Below are positions 35,556-46,975 of a DNA stretch of 47,549 nt, piece after piece; the stretch's first letter is position 1, and every line of letters begins with the position of its first letter. The translations under genes were made by a program, and so were the position numbers. Source of the stretch: Phoronis australis (lineage: Eukaryota; Animalia; Phoronida); contig NMRA01001154.1 of NCBI GenBank assembly GCA_002633005.1, forward strand, positions 1 through 47,549, read 5' to 3'. The notes beneath the pieces were generated by a model. It had not been told where the DNA came from and ran no database searches. It was given only the letters and a program-made list of their open reading frames with translations.

Positions 35556-35607
35556 GCGGAAAACCCAAGTTTTGCGTGAAAGCAAGTTTCACAACTCAAT
35601 TGCGAAC

Positions 35608-36281
35608 ATGAATTACTTTTTGGCTCTTTTCGTCACTCTTGTGCTGTTCAGCTACCGTTCTGAAGCCACAAACAGAACTAATGAAAAACAAGCTTTCTAC
35701 ACCTTCACAGAGACAGAGCAACTGTTATTTGAAGCAAAGCCGCTGTCCGAGCATTTTGAACAAGGTCTCAGAGCCGTGAAAGCGGCGACAACGATCATCA
35801 GCAAAATGCCAAGTAAAGACAAGTTCAACAGACAGAGGGCTCTTTTGGCTTTTGTTTCAAAACCTTCAAAGTTTTCGAAACACCTAAAACTAGCAACAGC
35901 GGGCATAAAATTATTAATCAGTTTCCTCAACTTAGGTCAAATACCCGACTTGATCAATAAAAAGTTTCTTGAAGTCAATCAAAAACTTGCTGCTCTCGAC
36001 AGCAAATTAGACTCGATGGAACAGTCAATCAAGTCCAACGTCGCCTTGAATGTGTTTTTCTCGAAATGGATGACGTGGATGGATGTCACCGAAAATGGCT
36101 ATAAGAAACTGGTGGAAATACAAGCAGCCATGCAAACGGAGAAAACGAATATCCGGAAACTGAAGTTAGCAGAAGAATTCGTGAAGTATTATGAAGACAA
36201 TCAACTTGAAGGAACTGTAGACAATATCTACAAAATGGCCGTACTTCAAGAGACCAAGGTGACTCGCAACATTTTTGACAG
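35608..36281 (+). CDS. Cephalotoxin-like gene exon 1: signal peptide and N-terminal helical region
   Basis: Long ORF starting aacATG; consensus donor AG|gtgagt at 36281/36282. Confidence 0.85.
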
Positions 36282-39200
36282 GTGAGTTAACAGGTTTAAA
36301 TCTCAGCAATGTTGAATAACCTCTTGTCAGTGTTGCCTTTTCCGTTTCATGAGCTTCGGACAATATCGTAAATATCCATATTTGTTTAAAACATTCCCTG
36401 ACAACATTAATAAAACACAACAGCAAAATAGTGAGGGATATTTCTTGACAACTGTACTTTTCAAGAGAAATGAAAAAAAAATTTTAGAGTTTCATTTCTC
36501 CACCAGAGAGTGTCCTTAATGGAAATAATGTTGCCATATGCAATGTTTTTTTCTTCAATAGTTTCAAATTTGATGGTCATACCGGTGCTTAGAAAAGATA
36601 AATCTACCTCTGGGTCGATACTCATACATGTACACAATTTTAATGGAAGTTTGAGGAATATAACTCACGCGCATTAGTACCTAGGCTTAAATTCCATCAC
36701 ACTGCATGATGCCAAGTTGAAATACCTCGTCAAACTCACATTCCCACATCACATTCCCATTCCGTAACTGTTGGTCCAAGGAGTCTTTTTTCTTCTCTTT
36801 GATTATATCCTAGCCATGGCATAGACAACGTACATGTACACGTAGCTGGTGTGACTCATTTTCATAGTATGATAACAGCGCATGTTTTAAGTTCGCAATC
36901 TGCTCTTTACTGCACCTTGACTTGAAATTGCCCAAGACTAAACGACAAAGTCCACGCAACATTAACAATTATGACGAAAAGGTTGTTGACATTTTTCTGG
37001 AAGTCGATCAAGAATATTGCACGAGATGGTCAAACGACAATTTCGAACAACATATGTCAGAGTAATTACATGTACATGAAAGCCCTAATTCAAAGTCGGC
37101 ATCCCGAATTGCTCTATGTTTGTTGAAGCCTTTACACTAAATGTATTTGACCTTGATAAAAGACAAGTCTCCATAGAGGCAGTGTTTTTTTTCTGATATC
37201 AACCGAGGCCACATAACCAATCGATCATGCTCAATTAATTTTGGGATTCATTCTTTAGGTGAACACATCAAATTCTTCGGCGGGTGCCACAAGAGTACAG
37301 TTTTCAAAACGATGACTTACATGTACTTTTTTGTTACAAATGGCTTATAATTATATAAGAAAGTTTCTTTAATTAGATTGTTTCCCACTTAAACGACTAT
37401 AACAGACAATGTGGGTGTCGATTGATTCCCAGATTTTGCATGCACCCCCCTGGTCTTTAGCTGTACATGTTGATACAAGTTTCACGGCGAGGTGACGACC
37501 AGAACTACCCGGGCTGTGTGCAGTTTTGAGTTTTGTTGACGCTGAACACCATGGGCGGCGCACCATAGGGGGCAGAGAGGCTATATCCCCACTTTTTTTC
37601 AGTGCTACGCCGCACATGGCGGTGTACCACAAGGGGCTAAGGGGGCCTTAGCCCACCATTTTTTCAGTGCTGCGCCGCTCAAGAACACTCAATGGTGCCT
37701 ACATGTACATAATCCACAGGAATGCGCAAACGCGAAAACATGCTGAATACATGTACAATACCTGTCATTTATTCATACTTTGAATAAGTCCATAGAACAC
37801 AACGTGTGTTGCCTCTGCGTGTAGGCCTAAGCAAATCGGTAACTCAAATCTATATCTTAAAAGCTTATTCCCCATAATAACGGTATAAAAGTGACTGGCA
37901 AAATTTACGAAACTGACCTCTATGCTTTCCTGCCTGTGTGGCAGCGGCGGGTTTGTGTCGTGAAGGTGGAGTCAGCAAATGACTGACATGTATATGAGGC
38001 AGAAAAATGAAAGACGTTTCGGCCAATCTGGTCTCTGACGATTTGCTTTGGCATTGGAAACCAATTTATTTTATAGTAGTGGAGTATTAGCGCCATATTT
38101 TGTGTGATTGAAAGGATTTGCTTAAAACTTGCATTTTATTCAAGAGAGCATGTATGAAGTAACACTTTTAGATACAGTACGTTCCAACAGGCCGGATCCT
38201 GTGGTCCGTTGCACAAACATTGTTTAAGCTTAACTTGTTACAAAAGTATTCAAAACCTGTTCCGTGATGATCCTGTGTGCTCACTTTCTTAAATCCACAA
38301 AGTTTTTTTTTCTTAGGGAGAAGATAAAAGAGCCGAAGACGCATTTAGAGACATTCAAACCAAACTTTATGACGTGAGGAGGCAATTCGATCTAAGAGCG
38401 TGGACATGCCAACGTGACTGCATTATGTATGCCAAGGAAGATGTGGGAAAAATCCTGATAACGGAATCTGGAAAGAAGGATGGCGATATTGTCCGGGTGA
38501 TTTTCAACCTCTTTGAGACCAGGTATTTCCACCACTTATGCCTAACTTTAGAACACGTGTCCAGAGTGTTTAAGAAATTATCACGGGCAATTTACTAAAC
38601 TGAGAGTGGGGCAAATGCTGGTTGTGGGTAGTGTTTCATCATGGAAAACAAACGAGATCGCATACGATGTATAGGTTTTCATGGAATTTTTACGGGTGGT
38701 TGTGCGTTTTTGTAGACTTTTCCTAATAGGTCAATGTAGAAAAGTGTGGTCTGAAATTGTTACGGAAATTGTAAAAGATTTGTCGACGACTGGCCCTAAC
38801 ACCGTTGCAAAATCTCAAAAACTCTCTGTAATACTTTAATTGTCATTTTTCTTCATCATGTGTTATGGTTTTGACTCACCAAAGGTATCCATGGTTTTCG
38901 TGGGCAGTAGCGTCAATCAAGCGGGACGAGACTCTAATGGCCTGGCGTGGAGAGACCTACTTCACGAAGGATTCTGGAGAAAAAAGAAGAATACTCGTTG
39001 CCTTCCAAGACTCAAGCTTAGACCTTAGTTGTGCTCAAATGAATGGACTCGACATGCTGTTGACCTTCAAACCCTGCGACGGATGCAATCCTGAATTTTT
39101 TGTTGCTTCGAGTAATTTCCTCCTCTCCTCATCATGCGGTGTCCCTGGCTTAAAAGACTTGAAGCTGCAGCTTCCAGACCGACAGTTGGCATTGTGGTTC

Positions 39201-40937
39201 TATGTCGGTAGTATGTCCAACAGCCGACTTGACAAGTGCGCAATATCCAACCAATGTAACGGCCACGGTATGTGCAAGAATGTAAGATTTACATCAAAAG
39301 TCCAATGCCTATGCGCACATTTTTGGGAAGGAGCAAACTGCCAAGTCAACGCAAGCAAAGACCTGGACGAAACCATCGCAGATATGATATCAAACTTGCG
39401 ACTTAACTTCGGAAAAGTCAACAGCGTCCCAACGGTTGTAGACATCTATTTCAGCATAAAAAATCTTGCTCAAGACCTCCAAATGTTATTTAACGAGATA
39501 AAAGCTAATTTTGACCACACGAAAAACATTATTAAACACAATGATATTATTTTCAAAGCCCAGAATGTTGTTGACATGTACTCCGATTTAAACCATGGCG
39601 TTTTGGATTTCAGTCAGTTTGGGCACAAATTAGATCTTTATTTAACCTCTGTAACAAACCAGTTTGAATTGCAAAATGGAATTGAAAGTATGATTCTTGC
39701 CAGAGGAATTTTGGACACGACTGGAAATGATATTTTCAACACCTTTAAACGTGACTATCAAACTAAATATCGAAACTCAGCATGCAGGCAACCGTACAAT
39801 AACGCCGTGACGGCGTTTAAAATGAGTCTTTCGACTTTGGATCTTGCGCTAGGAGAGGCTCTTCTATTACATAAGAAATGGAAATTTCACGAGGCCTCGA
39901 GTCCTGCTGAAAAGGAAAAAGTTTTAAAAGAAACGACGTACTTGGGGCAGATATTGAAACCCAGGCAGGCTGAGTACTCCAGTTATTGGACGAGACACAG
40001 CTGTGGGAGCATCGAAATACCTCGAAGTGGGATCAAGTGCGGTGATCAGCTTACCTATTCTGGCTTAAATATTTCTAACATCCTGTGTGAAGAAGGACGA
40101 ATTGCTAGGCCTTCAACACTCCACTGTGAATCGCAATCCCGCTCTGGTGGGGATTCAGCTCTTGCGTGGACTGCAAAACCTGAGTGTGTCATCAAGTATG
40201 AATGGCGCCCTTGGGGTAGCTGGGAAGGTTGTTCCGTCACTTGCGGCAGTGGCATGCAACAACGGCGACGGGACTGTCACAACAATAATGATGTGAGCTT
40301 ATGCAGGCAATACGCGGGTGGGATCGATTACCAGCAGAGACCATGCGTTACCAAAGATTGTTGCAGCAGTGGGTTCAGATGTCCTTTTTCTGATAAATGC
40401 ATCAGTAGGAGCTGGCTGTGCGATGGAGACAACGACTGCGGAAACTTCGAAGATGAGAGGTCGTGCTCCAACCACGTAAAAGACGGTGACACGATTGCGA
40501 TCAAAAGCGTTGCAACATCTAACCGATGGATAGGCTGCTGGTATGGACGCTGCAGACTCCATAGTTGCCCAGGGTCATGGATGAGTGAATGGGACCATTG
40601 CACTGGGGAAGTGTTTAGAATCGAAAGGGAAACTCGTCGGACAGGAAGGTCTATTCACGACGGTGACCGGATTTCTTTGCTGTATCCGTTAACAGGAGAA
40701 TACTTGAACTGTAACGGAGGCTGCCATAGGCGCAAGTATGATAGCACAGCTGACCTCTATATACACTCGTCAAGAAATGATAGAGGACCCATTAAACCAA
40801 GAGATCGGGTGGCGCTCCGCAGCAAAAGTCACAACGCTTGGTTGAGATACGGCACATTATGTCCTCAATCCACCTTTACGGCTCAAATACCTACTCACTG
40901 CCCACAGGCCATTTGGCAAATTGCCGTCAAGCGCTGA
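35608..40937 (+). CDS. Secreted SE-cephalotoxin-like protein; exons 35608-36281, 38317-38522, 38885-40937 (first junction unresolved)
   Basis: Signal peptide MNYFLALFVTLVLFSYRSEA, then helical/coiled-coil region, EGF (~39231-39343), helical region, Sushi-like (~40000-40190), TSP1 WRPWGSWEGCSVTCGSG..RRRDC (~40200-40360) and LDLa FRC..KCISRSWLCDGDNDCGNFEDE (~40360-40468). This EGF-Sushi-TSP1-LDLa order is that of cuttlefish SE-cephalotoxin. Confidence 0.82.
37550..37683 (-). repeat. GC-rich short repeat, family B
   Basis: catgggcggcgcaccataggggg...ttttttcagtgctgcgccgc, reverse complement of the other copies. Confidence 0.65.
38317..38522 (+). CDS. Cephalotoxin-like gene internal exon
   Basis: ttttttttcttag|GGA..AG|gtattt; GEDKRAEDAFRDIQ..RRQFDLRAWTC..YAKEDVGKIL..IVRVIFN; phase 2 matches the next exon. 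Confidence 0.8.
38885..40937 (+). CDS. Cephalotoxin-like gene last exon (2053 nt)
   Basis: caaag|G TAT CCA TGG gives RYPWFSWAVA; uninterrupted ORF to TGA at 40935-40937. Confidence 0.9.
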
Positions 40938-41277
40938 TTTTTAACTGCTTGTTTTCTTTAGGAACAATTCCGTTACTGGTTCCTTGATGTAAACCACATG
41001 GCTGGTTAGGCCACGACTTTGCGGCCTGAAATATTATTTAACTTCTGATTAGAGAACGGTGCTGGTAACCTATCAATAGCCTCTTGTCTCGCTGTACATA
41101 TCTATATAACACTGCAAAGGTTCATTTTACTTGTAATTGAGAATATACTTGGCATGCCGCTGTTCTTACTACTGAAATCCAACTTTTTGTATTCTTGTAA
41201 GAATGTTGTTAACTGTGACTTGGACTGGAAATGAAGCAGTGCTGGTGACATTGTTATTTCATTGCTAAATGTAATTG

Positions 41278-41283
41278 AATAAA
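41278..41283 (+). terminator. Candidate polyadenylation signal of the cephalotoxin-like gene
   Basis: AATAAA about 340 nt after the stop, followed by a GT-rich tract at ~41306-41322. Confidence 0.55.
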
Positions 41284-42016
41284 ATGGCGATTTCATTACA
41301 ATGCACGTGTGTGTGTGTGTGTCGGCCTACATTGACCTATTTTCCACCGAGATCGGGGAAGCACCTTGATCAACCGGCAGTCTTCTCAAAAGCTATCGTT
41401 CTTTAAATCTCTATGCCTTAACTAGCAGACTTGGGTTAACACGGAGCCAGTTAACTGCCTGCATGTAAAATCGTTTTGAGATGGTGCTTTTGTAATCCTC
41501 CAGTTAATGTAATTTTAAAGCCGTCTTTACGAATAATCATATTAGCAGCGATGGTACCGAAAGCATGCAATTAATCACTTGAAGTTTCAGCCGCACCTTT
41601 TCAGTTCAACATTTGTCAGTTTCCACACCACGTTATTGTAAGCATATTCATTCGCAGCACATCGTGTGTTTTCACAGGGCCAAATCTCCTGTCGGAGGTG
41701 AACGTTATATGGACACGTACAGTTTTCAGTCATTTGACAGGTCATGTGACTCGCACATGAGCAGATAACGTTCACGTCACAGGGAAAACCTGAAGCCACG
41801 AAAGAACCCGAAGTGTCAGGATGATGATCATTTTTCATATACACACCCTGTCTCGTCAACCAGAAGATCTCCGATATTCTGTGATTTGCACGGACCTCCC
41901 TATAACCATTTTGTCACCATCGTTGACAGCAAAGAATTCTGCTGTCCATTGCATTAGCTCTTGGTCAACGTACATCGGACATGTTTCGACCAGCGCAGTG
42001 GCTAAAAACTATAACA

Positions 42017-42174
42017 CGTGGGCGGCGCAGCACTGAAAAAAGCGGGGTTATAACCCCCAGCCTCCCTGTGGTGCCCGGGCCCATAGACCATGATTGGCAA
42101 ACCATTGAAAAAAGTGGGGATTGGCTATAGCCCCCCNCCCCCCCCCCCTAGCCACCTATGGTGCGGCGCTCATG
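42017..42174 (+). repeat. GC-rich short repeat, family B
   Basis: gtgggcggcgcagcactgaaaaaag...ctatagccccc...ctatggtgcggcgctcatg. Confidence 0.65.
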
Positions 42175-43129
42175 TATCAGAAGAGGGTCAAAATTCTATG
42201 TCTCCTGTAATTTTCTTTGTCAGCACATGTAAAAATGTTTGAGAACGCGCTCCTCGTCTCCTTCGTTTTTAATATTATCCCAAACTCCACCAGTACAACC
42301 GTTACTTACCAAATACCAAACTGACTTCGTGTATGTTTTAATATAGACTCACATGCTCCTTTCAATTCCCAATTTCGTAATGGTGTTAAACACATATCGC
42401 CATCAAGGGATTGTTTATTTTCGGTATTTTCTCTCTTCATTTGATTGATTCGAGTGTTAAGTTTGTGATGAAACGGAAATGCCAATGTTAATTTTCGTGC
42501 TCGGGTTGGTATGCACAAGATATTCATTGACATTCCTATTTTAGTGAAATCTGATTTTCTGAAATATCATTGCACTGCATTCATAACAGGTTAACACGCC
42601 CAGCAATTCGCTGCTATAAAGCTGCTCACTCTAATTATACAGTGTATTACTGAAAATTGTTTAATGAATATTTTTAGGAGAACTAGAACATGGAAAGTGG
42701 CAACTTGAAAACTACTGAGTTTCAGCCATATGTTATGAAGAAATTAAAGTGCAAGAACGATAGTAAAACGCAGCAATTTGGTATTGCGCCCCCGCTTCTC
42801 AATCGGTTAAATAAGATTTTTAAATATGACCGCGTGACACTTCCAAAATAATTTATAGACGTTGTCTCCTAAAAATTAGTAGTGTTGTGTATACGTTCAG
42901 AGACTTTGAAATTTTGCTCTGTTACTTACTTTACAGTAATAGTCGTGGGGTGCAAAAGACAAATCTCTGACTAACGTCTTTAAGTCACGTTCGCTTAACA
43001 CCTATTAACTACTTAAAATCACTCGCACACACACACAAATGTATAGATGTGTGTGTGCATGTGNTTAATTATCTTAAGCAAGAACCAAATCGTTTAGTTA
43101 AGATAGCTAATGTGATTTTTTTCCGAAGG

Positions 43130-44400
43130 AAACATATATGGTAACCGTAAAGCATACATGTATAAACCTGAATATCCACTGAGACCAATCATTTCTCAAG
43201 TTCGAGGTTGCTAAAACATTAAATATACTCATCAAACAGTACTTACCATATAAGTACAATGTCAAACCTCAGGATGAGTTTTTAGATATATTGCGATCTC
43301 CTGCATCTCCTCATGTTGAAAATCTATTCACTAACGTCCCTGTTGTCGAAACTGTAGAAATCATCATTTTTTCGATGTACATGTATCGTCATGCATCAAT
43401 GGCTCTTCCTAATATTCCTTAAAATGTACTACGAGATTTGCTATTACTTAATAAGACTGAAAAGTACCATTTAGAAATATTGACCACAAGCTGTATTTAC
43501 AAACCAATGGTGTACATGTGCCCATGGGATCACCTCTCGGACTAAGTTTTGCTGACTTTAACTTGTGTAACCGTGACACTCAGGTTCTTGGTAGTCTTCC
43601 CGAGAAGCCTAACGTGTACTGCAGGAATATTGATGATATATTTATGAGCGTTAACAGCGATACGTTGATGGAGATCTAACTTTTTTGAACAACCTTCTGT
43701 ATTAAATTTCACGCATGAGTTACCAAGCTTGCGTTTTTAGACGTATTTGTACCTGACATTAAAACCTCTGTATGTAGGAAACCAAGATATGATGGGGTTT
43801 GTTTACATGAAACCAGCCAATGTCCTGTGAGATGATACATGTAAGTGCTCTGTTCTGACGACCTTCTTAAAAAGAGTATATTCTGCATGCTCAGAAAGGA
43901 AGACCTCTAGTGTAACATGTACATTGTGAGCTCATCAAGCAAATAATGATAAATAATGATTACAGTAATACGTTTATTGATGAGAATATGGAGCGTTTCA
44001 TAAGACGCTTACATGTACATAAGTCGGGGCGTTTATTACAAACAGTGGTTGTTCCAAGAACCTATTCTACCGTAACAAATTTCATTCACATTATATTGAA
44101 GATGAACGAGTATTAAGACATGGCATGACTTGATTTGTCAGTTCACTGGTTGTCACAACTAATATATTCTCTCTAACACTGATAGTTCAAGATATGTTGG
44201 ATACACTGTACAACTTGTGATTTGTCTCGCAGTCTATGCATCTACAAAATGTTTCCATTAAGGACGACTTTCTCAGACTCCACAAAAAGGAAATGACACG
44301 TTCCGACATCGTCGATAATGCCATATTTATGACTTTCAACGGGATACCATTTGTCTGAAAATTCTCGAAGCGCTAATTATAGTAAAAAACTGAAACTCCT
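43130..44400 (+). mobile_element. Heavily degraded Penelope-like retroelement
   Basis: Broken-frame motifs in the correct order: KPEYPLRPIISQ, VENLFTNVPVVETVEII, QTNG..MGSPLG, YCRNIDDIF, AFLDV, SVCRKP and terminal LKILEALII. Confidence 0.8.
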
Positions 44401-44848
44401 GACACCAATTTCCAAGATACTGGGTTTCATCTTACCTCGTCGTTATATGAATAAGGTACATATTTTGTAATACCTAGGTATTTTATTAAATTTTTCATTT
44501 TATAGTAGCTTAGTTCCCATAACAATTCCTTCTGAAATTGCGTTCTTTTAATCCCACACGCGTTGAATCAGTCGAGTGCAATACGACCATGCAATAATGT
44601 TTTCCGTATTCACCTCCCGAACTACTTCAACAGTGACCTTTGACATGGAAATTTCAATACGTAGGTCAATATCGACTCGACGTCGTTAGTCGGTTTGATC
44701 ATCAAACTTTCGAAAATAAGTTAAAGAAATACAATCGCTGCAGTGTAAATAACACTAAAAAATGCAATCACGTCCCGATTGTAACATCTGGAACAGGACT
44801 GTTAATTATATGACAGTTTGTCTCCATGATAGCAAGTAGCATTATATA

Positions 44849-45349
44849 TTAATGAAAACAACAACGGTTTTAAGTCGACTTGACATGTTTCGGTGTCATT
44901 TATTCAAACACCGTCATCAGAAGAGAGAATGCAGTGGCCGCCTAGCTAGACCCAGCAACAAGTAATGAAGCACAGATACTGTCAGTTACAGGGAGCGGCA
45001 ATGAACTAGGCCAACAATGACAAGCTGTGGTGTGCCAGTTGCCTATTGAGATTGGGCTTGCACCAACTGATGTGTAGAGCCTCACAAATTTAAGCTCCTT
45101 TGTTGTTACTGCCTGGTCTACTATTGCAAAATCATTGTTATCAGCAGTGCTCTTTCATCAGTTGGTGCAAGCCCAATCTCAATAGGCAACTGGCGCACCA
45201 AAGGTTGTCATTGTTGGTCTAGCTCATTGTCACTCCCCTAACTGACTGTATCCGTGCTTTACTCGTTGCTGGGCCTAGCTAGGTGGCCACTGCATTCTCT
45301 CTTCTAATAATGGTGTTTGAATAAGTGACACCGACACATGTCGACTTAA
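44849..45349. repeat. Long inverted repeat (~230-bp arms, ~70-bp spacer), probably an inverted pair of Penelope-type pLTRs
   Basis: ~44870-45080 is the reverse complement of ~45149-45349; the right arm resumes at 46976-47000 after an insertion. Confidence 0.85.
44879..44923 (-). ncRNA. Minimal type I hammerhead ribozyme (PLE-type)
   Basis: The minus strand reads CTT CTGATGA C GGTGT-ttgaataaatg-ACACC GAAA CATG TC AAG: CUGAUGA and GAAA boxes, 5-bp stem II, palindromic ACATGT stem III, GUC cleavage triplet and CUU/AAG stem I. Confidence 0.75.
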
Positions 45350-46975
45350 AGGAGAATGCCACCCGATTTAATTAGTCTATTTTGCCGTCTTAATCGGTCT
45401 GTATCCGCATCGCCTCGCATACGGTCGACCTTACCTTGCCAAGAGGTGTCGCATTAACCTGTGATGAAGGTGATAAACGACGCTAGCAACGTCAGCGGTT
45501 CATATGCAGAGTGAATGCAGCTAGGTTGCGGTGCATCGTTCCCACTTGTCCGAATTAAGCAGCTGCGAGTAAAGCGGGTAATCGTTTTTTTCACTTCCTC
45601 GAGAGTCCGAAATGCTTAGGAAGTGGCTCATGGCAGTGAAGAATGAAATGTACGCTGTAAATAGCAAGTATAGGGCCGTGAAACATCTCCGTGTCTGTGG
45701 CCTGCAGATGTCGACAGTGCCTGACGAATGCCGGCTTACCAAATAACTCCATACGTTCCGTTGTCTGAGCTTTTTCACGGTTCCTCTCTAGTATTTCTTC
45801 GGCGCTGTGTTCCTGTTCGAATTGATAGCCTGTAAAACTTAACGATCCACCTGCGAAGTCGGGACTGATGAGCTCTAGCTCGACTAAAGTCGGGATTGCG
45901 AGTTGCCATGTTGGCGTTTATTACTGAGCGTTCTGTTTCAAAATGAATTATTCTCACCCTAACCAATACTTATATAAAACTGAAACAAAGTCTGTCTCAT
46001 TAGATGCAATTTGTAATGCCTTTGAAGTGTTCGTGAGGGCAAATGATTTGGGAAGCCAGCAATGAATAAATCACTGCGTTACCGGCTTTAGGTGCTAGTG
46101 TTTGCTGGCAGAAACTGCTGTGAAACAACTCGATTTCCATCCCACGGCCAGGTGTTAAGGGAATCTTTATTTACATTTACATTACTCAAATAATGATTGC
46201 CAATGTACAACTTCTGCCCTGACGGTGCTGTGGCCAAAGCGGAACCTGAATTCGCGGCCCCCGACGTCAAAGTAGATTTGCAGTATCGTGGCTAATTCAC
46301 CAACATAATCACGTGCACATTACTTTGGCTCATTAGTATATTATTTTCTTGACTGGAAGTTTAGTTTTCTTGAACTTTGGCTGGTTTATATTCGTGATGT
46401 CTGATCAGTTTCCGAGCCACTGGCCGGGATAAGTCAATCCGGCCGGCCGCGACGGGCCTGATCGGGCTCCGAGCCACTGGCCAGGATAACAAGGGTTTTG
46501 TGTTTAGAACTAAAAAAATCACACAAGTCTAAACAACACAGATCTAGGTTCTCCTGTCTGTATCTCTTGGAAAATACTTCGAAATTATCTCCGAACAAAC
46601 CCCAAACTTCTGCTACGGACCTTATTGGCCTGCCTAACTTTGTAGGCTACGGTGTGTCCAAATACCAATAAATCTGTAAGAGCGAAACAAAACAACATGT
46701 TTTTATAAGAACTCGGTGTATTTTTAAGGATTTTACATCGACGTTTGATGATTTATTGGTGTTAAACGATGACTTCAAGCGATAAGCTGACACCAGTAAC
46801 CCGTGTTGTGAACTGCTGAACAGAATGCTTGTGAAACCGATGACGTCATTGGATAATTTCAACACCTCCGTCTGGCGTCAGGTATCAGGAAACGCAACCG
46901 TACGTGTCGTTATGGAGTAGAACTACTCGATCTAAATTGATACAAAGTAGGTTGTTTTTTGGGTGGCATGCTCCT
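45350..46975 (+). mobile_element. Non-autonomous Kolobok-like DNA transposon with a THAP-domain relic
   Basis: TTAA duplication at 45346-45349 and 46976-46979; TIRs AGGAGAATGCCACCC / GGGTGGCATGCTCCT; broken THAP-like sequence RCIVPTC..FF..P..LRKWLMAVK..LRVCG at ~45526-45707. Confidence 0.8.

Noticed and set aside
35572-35607. ORF-track start MRESKFHNSIAN
   Set aside because: This is a TTG start from a prokaryotic-style ORF caller; the ATG at 35608 begins the signal peptide.
36814-36930. Strong polypyrimidine acceptor tcctag in intron 1 of the toxin-like gene
   Set aside because: The in-phase translation is TACATGTA-laden, lacks a convincing donor and runs into a stop.
37259-37350. Candidate missing exon reading EHIKFFGGC..KTMTYMYFF after ttctttag
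   Set aside because: In the required phase 2 it hits TGA immediately, and there is no good donor.
38865-38884. ATG 38865 as the start of a separate 690-aa gene
   Set aside because: There is no signal peptide, and a phase-matched acceptor at 38884 joins it to the upstream exon.
45149-45170. Second CTGATGA on the minus strand of the right arm
   Set aside because: No downstream GAAA box or stem III, so it is not a hammerhead.
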